Position numbers and translations under genes: made by a program. Of a DNA stretch of 27,531 bases, positions 18,562-25,277 are shown one piece after another. The notes beneath the pieces were generated by a model, which saw only the letters and a list, made by a program, of their open reading frames with translations, did not search any database and had not been told where the DNA came from. Numbering within the stretch: position 1 is the stretch's first letter; each line of letters begins with the position of its first letter. This DNA is from a virus (taxonomy: Duplodnaviria; Caudoviricetes), in the IMG/VR virus record IMGVR_UViG_3300044676_006671, positions 1-27,531 of that record. One strand, given 5' to 3'.

Positions 18562-18885
18562 CTAGAATGGTATGTCATCATCATTAAAATCAGGCTTTTG
18601 AAACTTTTCTTTTACATAGTCTCGCTCATCCTCTTTAACGCCGTTACTAGCATCGACACTACTGTCCACTGTCCCACCGTGGGCTAATGCTTCTCGTATT
18701 AGTTCTTGTAGAATCTGCAAATCGTTACTGAAAAACGTCTTACTTTCTTTCCACTGTTCTGTTTGCTTATCCTTGTAACTCTTTCTAATTGTGTATTGTG
18801 CGCCAGTGTTTCCTTCCCACACTGCCACATCTATTCCTTTGCTTCTTGCCGAATAAATAGGTTTTCTACTCATTTCTTCCTCCAT
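18562..18885 (-). CDS. Putative ssDNA-binding protein (non-OB, PC4-like) with an acidic SSB tail
   Basis: I.VAVW...Y.I.KSYKD...WKES..F...DL..L core and C-terminal DFNDDDIPF. Confidence 0.65.
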   Translation of the reverse strand: MEEEMSRKPIYSARSKGIDVAVWEGNTGAQYTIRKSYKDKQTEQWKESKTFFSNDLQILQELIREALAHGGTVDSSVDASNGVKEDERDYVKEKFQKPDFNDDDIPF

Positions 18886-19105
18886 ATGTTAGGTCGTTTA
18901 TATGACCAAGTTTTTGTTTATGCCTATGTTGTTTAGCGTCTATATGTTTCACCGTTGTGACGTACACTGTTCCATCTGGCGTTATACCTTTGAATTTACC
19001 GTCTTTCCCATTCCATTGGCTTGCCAACTGAATCTGCGGTAATACCTCAGCTAATTGCTGGTGTAAGTCCTGTAAATTACTTCCTTTCCGTTGTTCGTAT
19101 GGCAT
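18866..19105 (-). CDS. Hypothetical protein
   Basis: Overlaps both neighbours in the operon; GAGG RBS. Confidence 0.5.
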   Translation of the reverse strand: MPYEQRKGSNLQDLHQQLAEVLPQIQLASQWNGKDGKFKGITPDGTVYVTTVKHIDAKQHRHKQKLGHINDLTYGGRNE

Positions 19106-19403
19106 GCGTTCCTCTTTCTATTCCTAATTTATTTAACACTTTTTTGACTGTATCACCTGCTAATGCCGTTTCTTTTGGTAGGCTTTTAACGGCTATCCCT
19201 TTTTTTATAAGCCACTCCTTAGCTGAATTGCAGGCTTTAATCACATCGTCCAGTTCGGTGGCAAAAACACTCTCCGCTTTCTTCCACTCGTTTTCTCGAC
19301 TGTTAAAATATACTTTCTGTATTTGAAAGCTAAAGTAGTCACCATTTTTCCAAACGACTACTTGTACGTCATTGCTCTTAATTGTTCCGATACGTTGTCC
19401 CAT
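19077..19403 (-). CDS. Paralogue of the SSB-like protein, lacking the acidic tail
   Basis: VQVVVW...F.IQKVY....EWKK....F..EL aligns with 18562-18885. Confidence 0.6.
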   Translation of the reverse strand: MGQRIGTIKSNDVQVVVWKNGDYFSFQIQKVYFNSRENEWKKAESVFATELDDVIKACNSAKEWLIKKGIAVKSLPKETALAGDTVKKVLNKLGIERGTHAIRTTERK

Positions 19404-19408
19404 AGTAC

Positions 19409-19437
19409 TTGATTATCTCCACGCCATAAACTATCAT
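19409..19437 (+). promoter_or_regulatory. Sigma70-type promoter for a probably leaderless HTH gene
   Basis: TTGATT-17bp-TATCAT; the ATG lies 8 nt after the -10 box and has no SD. Confidence 0.5.
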
Positions 19438-19445
19438 AAGCAGTT

Positions 19446-19628
19446 ATGGAAAACAATAATAAACATAAAAAGTGGTTGAGGACAAGAGAACTATGCGAAT
19501 ATCTGTCAATTCCGAGAAGCACCTGCGAATTGTTGATCCGTCGGGGGATGCCCCACATCCGGATCGGGAAAGCGAGACGGTGGGATCCGAAAGAAGTAGA
19601 AAAGTGGCTAAAAGAGAACGGTTCATAG
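19446..19628 (+). CDS. Excisionase/MerR-type HTH DNA-binding protein
   Basis: WL.T.ELCEYL.I.RST...L...GMP.IRIG...R.....VE.WL pattern. Confidence 0.8.
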   Translation: MENNNKHKKWLRTRELCEYLSIPRSTCELLIRRGMPHIRIGKARRWDPKEVEKWLKENGS

Positions 19629-19870
19629 CGATAGATAAGCGAATATTTACTCACGGACTCACACCTGGAGAGATTTTAGTTTTTGCTTACATAGATCAGT
19701 TTCAAGGGGCGCAAGTTTGTTTTGCCACTAATGAAACCATAGCAAAAGAAGTAGGAATAGGTGTTCGTCAGGTGCAAAGATACCTTTTGCGGCTAAAAAA
19801 AAAGAGGCTTATAAAGGCATTTTATGAAGGAAAAAAACGCCTAATGAAAACTTATCTCAATGCACGATAG
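19604..19870 (+). CDS. Winged-HTH replication initiator-like protein (N-terminal domain only, 88 aa from GTG 19604)
   Basis: FI.I...I....LT..E.LV...I......CFATNETIA...G...R.V.R.L..L.K..LI is a phage initiator HTH pattern; iterons follow directly. Confidence 0.7.
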   Translation: MAKRERFIAIDKRIFTHGLTPGEILVFAYIDQFQGAQVCFATNETIAKEVGIGVRQVQRYLLRLKKKRLIKAFYEGKKRLMKTYLNAR

Positions 19871-19872
19871 GT

Positions 19873-19980
19873 ATGACATATATGTCACCCCTACCATGAC
19901 GGATATGTCACCCTTAACCATGACATATATGTCACCATATAAGAATATTATTATAATAATAATTTATAATAATAATACAT
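19873..19980. promoter_or_regulatory. Putative replication origin: three iterons plus an AT-rich unwinding element
   Basis: ATGACATATATGTCACC at 19873 and 19920 and ATGACGGATATGTCACC at 19896 (23/24-bp period, palindromic core TGACATATATGTCA), then a nearly pure A/T tract at 19937-19980. Confidence 0.75.
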
Positions 19981-20168
19981 GTAGATCACATACTCGTAGG
20001 CATGTTTTAGCTTAAAAATAGATATAATTAGGTTATAAGTAATAGTTAAAATCGTTTTTAAGGTGTCTAGCTTGCTCTCTGTGGCGTTTTAATGGCTTGC
20101 CCTATGGTATGCCTACCCTAACAAAAGAAAATGGCTTAGAATGGGTTCTAGAACTTGCAGGGTTTTAG

Positions 20169-20197
20169 TTGTGCAAGAGGGTAAAAAGAGGTAAAAT
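20169..20197 (+). promoter_or_regulatory. Sigma70-type promoter of the putative sRNA
   Basis: TTGTGC-17bp-TAAAAT. Confidence 0.55.
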
Positions 20198-20203
20198 AGA
20201 ATT

Positions 20204-20268
20204 AGAAACAGTAGTGTGTTTCTCCTTTAAGCTACACAATTTACTTCGCAGGGTTGTGTAGCTTTTTT
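20204..20268 (+). ncRNA. Putative trans-acting anti-RBS small RNA
   Basis: No ORF between promoter and terminator; segment 20212-20228 (TAGTGTGTTTCTCCTTT) is antisense to the RBS/start regions of several - strand genes. Confidence 0.55.
20229..20268 (+). terminator. Rho-independent terminator (+ strand polarity)
   Basis: 11-bp stem AAGCTACACAA/TTGTGTAGCTT; the T-run follows only on the + strand. Confidence 0.75.
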
Positions 20269-20764
20269 ATGCCTTGAGTTCATTAAATTCGTTTAAGAAG
20301 ACATGCTCTTTTGGAACGTCCTTCCCAAATCGTTTGATAACTTTTCTGTAAAACTCAACAGGATCTTGGCAGACAACGAGATCGGCTTGAGAGGCCCAAG
20401 TATCTACAGCGTGTTTTCTTTCCCGATAATATCTATCGGCTAATTCATCTTTTATAGCTTCCACAATGCGCTGTTTAACGGACTTTTTAACGTGTCTAAG
20501 TGCATTTCTAAGCTCTCTTAAAGCCTGTCTATCCTTAAATTCAAAATGTAAATTTACAGGATGATATTCAACGTAAGTGTTTGCATTTATTAGAAAATCA
20601 CAATGCTTACCGAAGGCTAAAGGGACTTGAAAGGTTTTTCGCATTTCAAGCTCAAAGTCAGGTAGATATTTTTCAAGAAGTAATCCGCAAGCTAATTCAG
20701 CTTTAGATGCAAAGGAAATAGTGACGTTTTCTTCACGTCGTTTGAATGTTTCGTAGTGAAGCAC
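20267..20764 (-). CDS. PD-(D/E)XK-like nuclease-fold protein (start uncertain)
   Basis: F.S.AE...G..L, CDFLI and VEYHP motifs; the ORF-track start at 20800 lies inside a terminator, so GTG 20764 is preferred. Confidence 0.55.
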   Translation of the reverse strand: MLHYETFKRREENVTISFASKAELACGLLLEKYLPDFELEMRKTFQVPLAFGKHCDFLINANTYVEYHPVNLHFEFKDRQALRELRNALRHVKKSVKQRIVEAIKDELADRYYRERKHAVDTWASQADLVVCQDPVEFYRKVIKRFGKDVPKEHVFLNEFNELKA

Positions 20765-20775
20765 AAGAATAGAAT

Positions 20776-20805
20776 AAAAAAAGGGGTGACTATACGCCAC
20801 CCCTT
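20776..20805 (-). terminator. Rho-independent terminator
   Basis: Minus strand AAGGGGTGGC-GTATA-GTCACCCCTT then TTTTT, after the stop at 20810. Confidence 0.8.
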
Positions 20806-20809
20806 AGTT

Positions 20810-21070
20810 TTACTCGCCGAAGAGTCCGTCTAAATGATCTTGAAGCCAGTAAAAAGCTTCAAGTTGTCCTAGCTCAAACTCCGACAGCTTCTCCCTACTC
20901 CCTTTCAGCTTTTTTTCTACAGCCAAAAGAAAGTCCTCGAAGTAGTGACGTACACTTGTAGCCCCTTGTGTAAAGGCTTCCGCATAGTCATCCCGATTTT
21001 GAGGTGCTCTACGAAACGGTGTGTAATGTAGCGCAAACTGCGCTGCATCTTTAACTATCTGATTCTCCAC
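20810..21070 (-). CDS. Hypothetical protein
   Basis: AGGAGG RBS, GTG start. Confidence 0.6.
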   Translation of the reverse strand: MENQIVKDAAQFALHYTPFRRAPQNRDDYAEAFTQGATSVRHYFEDFLLAVEKKLKGSREKLSEFELGQLEAFYWLQDHLDGLFGE

Positions 21071-21269
21071 GCTTTCCTCCTTTAAGCATCTGTTCTTCTA
21101 GTCGATCCATCTCATCCTGAATGATGTCTCCTAAAACTTCTTGGATTGACATGTCGCAAGCAAAACTTTCGGTTTTGATAAACCTCAAATGCTTTTCTTT
21201 AATTCTAGTCGTAAATACTGTTAGTTCTTCTCCGTCACCGATAGGTAACATTGGTTTTCGTTTACGCAT
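21051..21269 (-). CDS. Ribbon-helix-helix-like DNA-binding protein
   Basis: VFTTRI strand followed by two helices (LRFIK...MSIQEVLGDII). Confidence 0.5.
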   Translation of the reverse strand: MRKRKPMLPIGDGEELTVFTTRIKEKHLRFIKTESFACDMSIQEVLGDIIQDEMDRLEEQMLKGGKRGESDS

Positions 21270-21876
21270 CTGTAAAAGCCTCCTCGTCTATAAATTGTGA
21301 AAGTTTTTCAAGCCGTATTGGGCTTTTCCACAGGTTTTCGCTTATTCTTTTTACGTTGCTTGCAAGTAGATAAGTCTCACAAGCCTTTTTATTTTCAGCC
21401 GGGCAATCTGCTAGGTTGTAGTAGGTCGTGACTGCTTTTGCCTTTTTAGGTGTAGCAGGTTTTGAAACAGGTGCTTGACTAGCTACATTGCCATCATCAT
21501 CCTCTGGTGCTATTCCCATTGCCGACATAAGACTGTAACGCCTACAGTACGTTAAAGCAGAGCCATAGCCTTGAGCGTCTCTTTTGGTCACTGGAATAGT
21601 TAGCTCACCGAAATATAGCCTCTCTCCAGTTGTATAAAGTAGCTCGGTTACGATAGTGACGAACCCCTCTTCACTTGGCTTGGGCATCTGTATCAGTGCG
21701 AATCCTTGCTCGTGTAGTGAGTCTATAACCGCCTCGATACAAGCACCTAGATCAGCGTATTTACTCCTAAAGTGTGGGTTTGTGCTAGTTTTTAGAGCTT
21801 TTCCGAACCCCTTTTGAGCTAGTACAAAAGCCTCATGTATTGTTTTTTCTTTGTGTGTTTCTTCTTTTTTACTCAT
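21262..21876 (-). CDS. erf: ERF-family single-strand annealing recombinase
   Basis: NPHF.SKYADL and AQG.GSALTY.RRYSL...GI..EDDDG signatures. Confidence 0.92.
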   Translation of the reverse strand: MSKKEETHKEKTIHEAFVLAQKGFGKALKTSTNPHFRSKYADLGACIEAVIDSLHEQGFALIQMPKPSEEGFVTIVTELLYTTGERLYFGELTIPVTKRDAQGYGSALTYCRRYSLMSAMGIAPEDDDGNVASQAPVSKPATPKKAKAVTTYYNLADCPAENKKACETYLLASNVKRISENLWKSPIRLEKLSQFIDEEAFTDA

Positions 21877-22339
21877 TTTTTTCCTCTATTAGTTTTTTAA
21901 GTTTCAAAACCTTTCTTGCATATGCTTTCCCTGCCTTGCTCCAGTGTTTTCCACTGTTATACACAGCTAGAGCCTTTTTTATGCTGTCTAACCTTTCAAT
22001 TTCTTCTCTAAGTATTTGCGCTCCGCAAGCCAAGTTAAGCGATAGATCCCACAATTCATCGGGATGTAAACCGCATCTCTTAGCATTGAACGGCATTACT
22101 TGAGTTAAGCCCCTCGCTCCCTTATGGCTCTCAGCTTGTATTCTGAAACTGCTTTCGGTTTCGATTAAAGCCAATAGCAAGCTAGGGGAGAGATTGTTTT
22201 TATAGGCTACCCTGTGAGCCTCTGAGACTATTAAAGCCTTAGAGGTTGTCACGGGTAGTCCATAAAAACGCTTTATATGATAGATCGCACTATCGGAGTT
22301 ACATCCAGCTACCAACAATGCGATCCAGATTAGTTTCAT
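21869..22339 (-). CDS. Lipoprotein lytic transglycosylase (SLT domain)
   Basis: Lipobox LVAG-C; IETESSF...A.S.KGARGLTQVMP and ALAVYNSG motifs. Confidence 0.85.
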   Translation of the reverse strand: MKLIWIALLVAGCNSDSAIYHIKRFYGLPVTTSKALIVSEAHRVAYKNNLSPSLLLALIETESSFRIQAESHKGARGLTQVMPFNAKRCGLHPDELWDLSLNLACGAQILREEIERLDSIKKALAVYNSGKHWSKAGKAYARKVLKLKKLIEEKNE

Positions 22340-22497
22340 CGTCTAGCCACAACCCGGACTGGATCGTTGCCTAGGATTTGAGTTTGCACACCGATCCAAC
22401 ACGTCACAGCACCCACGATCATAAAGATGTGAAGCACTGTCACGGCTAATGCCGAAATGCTGAATAAGTCTGCTTTTATTTTAGTTAGTACGTTCAT
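22336..22497 (-). CDS. Small membrane protein, 53 aa (absent from the ORF track)
   Basis: MNVLTKIKADLFSISALAVTVLHIFMIVGAVTCWIGVQ...; ATGA overlaps at both ends; AGGGG RBS. Confidence 0.65.
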   Translation of the reverse strand: MNVLTKIKADLFSISALAVTVLHIFMIVGAVTCWIGVQTQILGNDPVRVVARR

Positions 22498-22718
22498 AGT
22501 TTTCCCCTTTCTTTTATTAGTGTGTTGATTCTTTTAAGCCGTGTTTCCGGTTTTAGCCTCTTGTTTGTTCCTACCGCATTCACTACCGCCATTAGATCGC
22601 TAGGTGTTATTCCAGCTTTATAGGCTTGGTAGAAGGGAACGCAAAAGGTCAAAACTGAATAACTTAAAGTGTTATCAGTTAAGTTCTCACAACGATTGCA
22701 ATAGCTTGCCCAAGTCAT
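22494..22718 (-). CDS. Hypothetical protein
   Basis: GGGGG RBS, CxxC near the N-terminus. Confidence 0.55.
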   Translation of the reverse strand: MTWASYCNRCENLTDNTLSYSVLTFCVPFYQAYKAGITPSDLMAVVNAVGTNKRLKPETRLKRINTLIKERGKL

Positions 22719-22727
22719 AGCTTCCCC

Positions 22728-22985
22728 CTATTTTAGATCTAAAGTTGGTTGTTCACACTGCACAAAGTAGCACTTCAAAGGTACAGCATTATGACGTGTC
22801 ATTGCGCTCGATTCTTGCCTTTCATCTACTCGATACAATCCAGCCTTTGCGCCTAGCTCAAATCCTGAGCATGCTGATAGGGTGAGCGTTAGATACAAGC
22901 CTACGCCTAGAGCTATTGTGTATACTAAGTGCGTTATAAAAACGTCCATTTTGTCTGCTATCTCGTTTAATTTTTCGTGGTTCAT
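22728..22985 (-). CDS. Membrane/lipoprotein-like protein
   Basis: Hydrophobic segment ending LSA-C; extended RBS motif. Confidence 0.6.
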   Translation of the reverse strand: MNHEKLNEIADKMDVFITHLVYTIALGVGLYLTLTLSACSGFELGAKAGLYRVDERQESSAMTRHNAVPLKCYFVQCEQPTLDLK

Positions 22986-23024
22986 AGTGTTTTTCTCCTT
23001 TTTTACACGTTAGCGATCCTAAAC

Positions 23025-23070
23025 AAGCGATCAATAGACTCCAGAACGCTCTGAAGTCCGTTGATTACTC
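23025..23070 (-). repeat. Intergenic hairpin element, copy A (divergent)
   Basis: mRNA strand GAGU.AUCAA.GGACUUCAGA-GCGU-UCUGGAGUCU.UUGAU.GCUU. Confidence 0.6.
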
Positions 23071-23077
23071 GGTTGGA

Positions 23078-23686
23078 TTATGCGGATACTTGAGCAGATT
23101 CTAGCCTTGCTTTCTCTGCTTTTAATTCAGCTATGTAATAATCGTGAAACCGTTCTTTATAGTCGCAACCTCTAAAAGCTACTGGAACAAAGTCCCATAT
23201 CTCAGCCCAAGTAGTACGCCACTCAGAATCGCAATGTTTGCAAGCGATAACAGGAACGACTAGCCCGCCATGCACTTTTAGATATTTGATATAGGCTGGT
23301 CTTCTAAAGCCGTTAAAGCCTAGCTTGATCTCGCCATAATCTTGATCTGCCGTTTTCAAGCCGTGATAGCAGGGAACAATCACCTGTAACCCACTTGCTT
23401 CGTCTCTAAACGCTATTCGACCAGCATCGCATTCTGACAGATCAAAGTTTTTCTCTTTATCGTATAGCCAGATTCCCTCGTTTGTATGACTTTCATAGTG
23501 TCCCGGTTCGATCCCGTCTTCGCTATAAATAGGACACCGAAACCGTAAGCCTTCAGGTTGTCTGGATGGATCTACGCTTCCCGAAATAGCTTTTACTTTG
23601 TGCCGATCTTCATACCGCAGATAGTACATCGTTTCGCATGTACCGATCTTGATCTCGTTATTTTTATATAGTGCATATTCTCCCAT
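23078..23686 (-). CDS. Conserved early protein of unknown function (202 aa from ATG 23686)
   Basis: AAGGAGAATAAGCACT-ATG; IKIGTCE.MYYLR motif; C-terminal CxxC. Confidence 0.7.
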   Translation of the reverse strand: MGEYALYKNNEIKIGTCETMYYLRYEDRHKVKAISGSVDPSRQPEGLRFRCPIYSEDGIEPGHYESHTNEGIWLYDKEKNFDLSECDAGRIAFRDEASGLQVIVPCYHGLKTADQDYGEIKLGFNGFRRPAYIKYLKVHGGLVVPVIACKHCDSEWRTTWAEIWDFVPVAFRGCDYKERFHDYYIAELKAEKARLESAQVSA

Positions 23687-23716
23687 AGTGCTTATTCTCC
23701 TTTTGTTAGTACTCAC

Positions 23717-23765
23717 AAGCGAGTACAGTTGGCGACTCGCATAGAGTCGCCTGCTGTAATTACTT
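23717..23765 (-). repeat. Intergenic hairpin element, copy B
   Basis: AAGU AAU UACAG CA GGCGACUC-UAUGC-GAGUCGCC AA CUGUA CUC GCUU. Confidence 0.9.
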
Positions 23766-23766
23766 A

Positions 23767-24060
23767 CTAAACTTTGCCTAACTTTATTGTGTAGTCTCCG
23801 AAAGTCCAAGATTGTCCGATATACTTGTGGGCTTGCTCACAGTCGAACACCACGGAACCGTCACTATCAAAAACTAGATGATAATTTTCGAAATCGTCCA
23901 ATTCCATATCATACTCCCCACGAGAATATTCCCACTCGCAATTCTCGAAGTGCTCTAGTAGCTCGTGAACAGCATGTTCAACTTTTAAGTGACAGGAAAC
24001 CCAATTGCGCCCAAGCGTATGCTCACCATAGACTCGTGTGATGGTATATGAATTTTTCAT
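23767..24060 (-). CDS. Acidic early protein of unknown function
   Basis: AGGAGAAAACACT-ATG; flanked by hairpin elements. Confidence 0.7.
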   Translation of the reverse strand: MKNSYTITRVYGEHTLGRNWVSCHLKVEHAVHELLEHFENCEWEYSRGEYDMELDDFENYHLVFDSDGSVVFDCEQAHKYIGQSWTFGDYTIKLGKV

Positions 24061-24085
24061 AGTGTTTTCTCCTGTTAGTACTCAT

Positions 24086-24135
24086 AAGCGAGTACAAACG
24101 GCGAGACTGTCACTTCCCGCCGATTGTAATTACTT
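24086..24135 (-). repeat. Intergenic hairpin element, copy C
   Basis: AAGU AAU UACAA U CGGCGGGA-N8-UCUCGCCG U UUGUA CUC GCUU. Confidence 0.9.
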
Positions 24136-24141
24136 ACTGTG

Positions 24142-24690
24142 TTATAACTCTCGCATCGGCATAATTACCGCAATTTTATCGCTGGACTTGAAATAAACAG
24201 GCGCTCCTTCCTTAGCTTGCGAAAGCTCCCAGACTGTTGAGGCTTTTAACAAGTCAGCCAGATATGCGCCGTTGATCGGTATTCGGATATTCCCTTGATC
24301 TGGATGGCTGTTAAAGTCTAGGTTCCAATTTATGCCGTCCTTATTGTCATAGCTTAGAACAACATGATCTCCAGTTATCTCAAGTATCATCGGCGTAGCT
24401 TTGTATTCACCTATTTTAGAGATAGCGATCACAGTTTTTGATTGTTTAGCATCTAAGTGTAGCAAGTGGGTGGACTTTGGGATCTCATCTAAAAACATTC
24501 CTAGATCGGGAGGCGTGTAAGGATCGGATGTTAGGCTTATCGTTTTTAAGCCGTAATCGTGATTGGTAGCAATGCCGTGTATCCTATGTCCATCGGTAAC
24601 ACAACGATAGTTCTTATAACCTATCTCCGATTGGCAGTTGTATCTCTTTTCCTTTTTCGCTTGTTTAAGGACTGTTTCAAAGTATTTCAT
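24142..24690 (-). CDS. Truncated DNA polymerase III beta-clamp-like protein (182 aa from ATG 24690)
   Basis: VTDGHRI (cf. ATDGHRL), INGAYLADLLKA (cf. FN..YL.D.L) and PV.F......AVIMPMR (cf. VVMPMR). Confidence 0.7.
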   Translation of the reverse strand: MKYFETVLKQAKKEKRYNCQSEIGYKNYRCVTDGHRIHGIATNHDYGLKTISLTSDPYTPPDLGMFLDEIPKSTHLLHLDAKQSKTVIAISKIGEYKATPMILEITGDHVVLSYDNKDGINWNLDFNSHPDQGNIRIPINGAYLADLLKASTVWELSQAKEGAPVYFKSSDKIAVIMPMREL

Positions 24691-24718
24691 AGTGTTTGTC
24701 TCCTTTTGTTGCACCCAT

Positions 24719-24768
24719 AAGCGAGTACAGTTCAGAGGCTACGTGTAGCCTCTGTGCTGTAATTACTT
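24719..24768 (-). repeat. Intergenic hairpin element, copy D
   Basis: AAGU AAU UACAG CA CAGAGGCUA-CACG-UAGCCUCUG AA CUGUA CUC GCUU. Confidence 0.9.
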
Positions 24769-24782
24769 TAAATGAATCTCTC

Positions 24783-25277
24783 TCAGTACTTTGCACGAAC
24801 CTCTCTCAGCATAAAACACAATTCAGATAAGTCTATTTCTGTCGCATTAAAGCGTTGCATTAGTTCGCCTAGGTAAATTCCGTCACACAGATAATCATCT
24901 AGGCTGGAATAAATTTCATCCATTAGCTCGTGGAGGGTTTCACGATCAAACTTTCTTGTGGCGTTTTCGCCGTTGAAATACTCCTCTTGAATGTGATCGA
25001 GTAATTCGTCAAAAACTTTTGATTGTTCTGAATTTAGTTTCAACTGCGGTAGGTAACATGCACACACTTTTATCTCGTGAGTATCCTCATCTAGAAGGCT
25101 AATAGAACCAACGTAACTGTAAGTTCTATTGTCATAACAACCCCTAGCAAGTTTTACTGTGGGTGTACGAAACCTGTCCTCTTTGGCAAACATTTGCCAG
25201 CCGTGAGAAATGTAGACGAACTTGTCCTTCAGTGGAGTGTCGGTGTCGAATGGGCGTATTATATGTTCAACTTCCAT
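24783..25277 (-). CDS. First early gene, hypothetical (acidic C-terminal half)
   Basis: AAAGGAGAAAAACATT-ATG directly downstream of a promoter. Confidence 0.7.
   Translation of the reverse strand: MEVEHIIRPFDTDTPLKDKFVYISHGWQMFAKEDRFRTPTVKLARGCYDNRTYSYVGSISLLDEDTHEIKVCACYLPQLKLNSEQSKVFDELLDHIQEEYFNGENATRKFDRETLHELMDEIYSSLDDYLCDGIYLGELMQRFNATEIDLSELCFMLREVRAKY

Noticed and set aside
20113-20228. - strand RBS AAGGAGAAACACACTA followed by a CTG-started ~32-aa hydrophobic ORF
   Set aside because: There is no ATG, GTG or TTG at the proper spacing, and the promoter and terminator polarity favour a + strand RNA. It is not fully excluded as a decayed gene start.
23687-23809. N-terminal extension of the 243-aa ORF (likewise 24691-24714 and 19472-19603)
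   Set aside because: These extensions run through hairpin elements, RBS motifs or neighbouring genes; downstream starts fit better.
23705-24768. Intergenic repeats as integron attC sites or a CRISPR array
   Set aside because: GTT.../...AAC ends are in the reverse order to attC (RYYYAAC...GTTRRRY) and appear clearly in only one copy. No integrase or cas gene is present, the 'spacers' are whole genes, and G-U covariation points to RNA structure.
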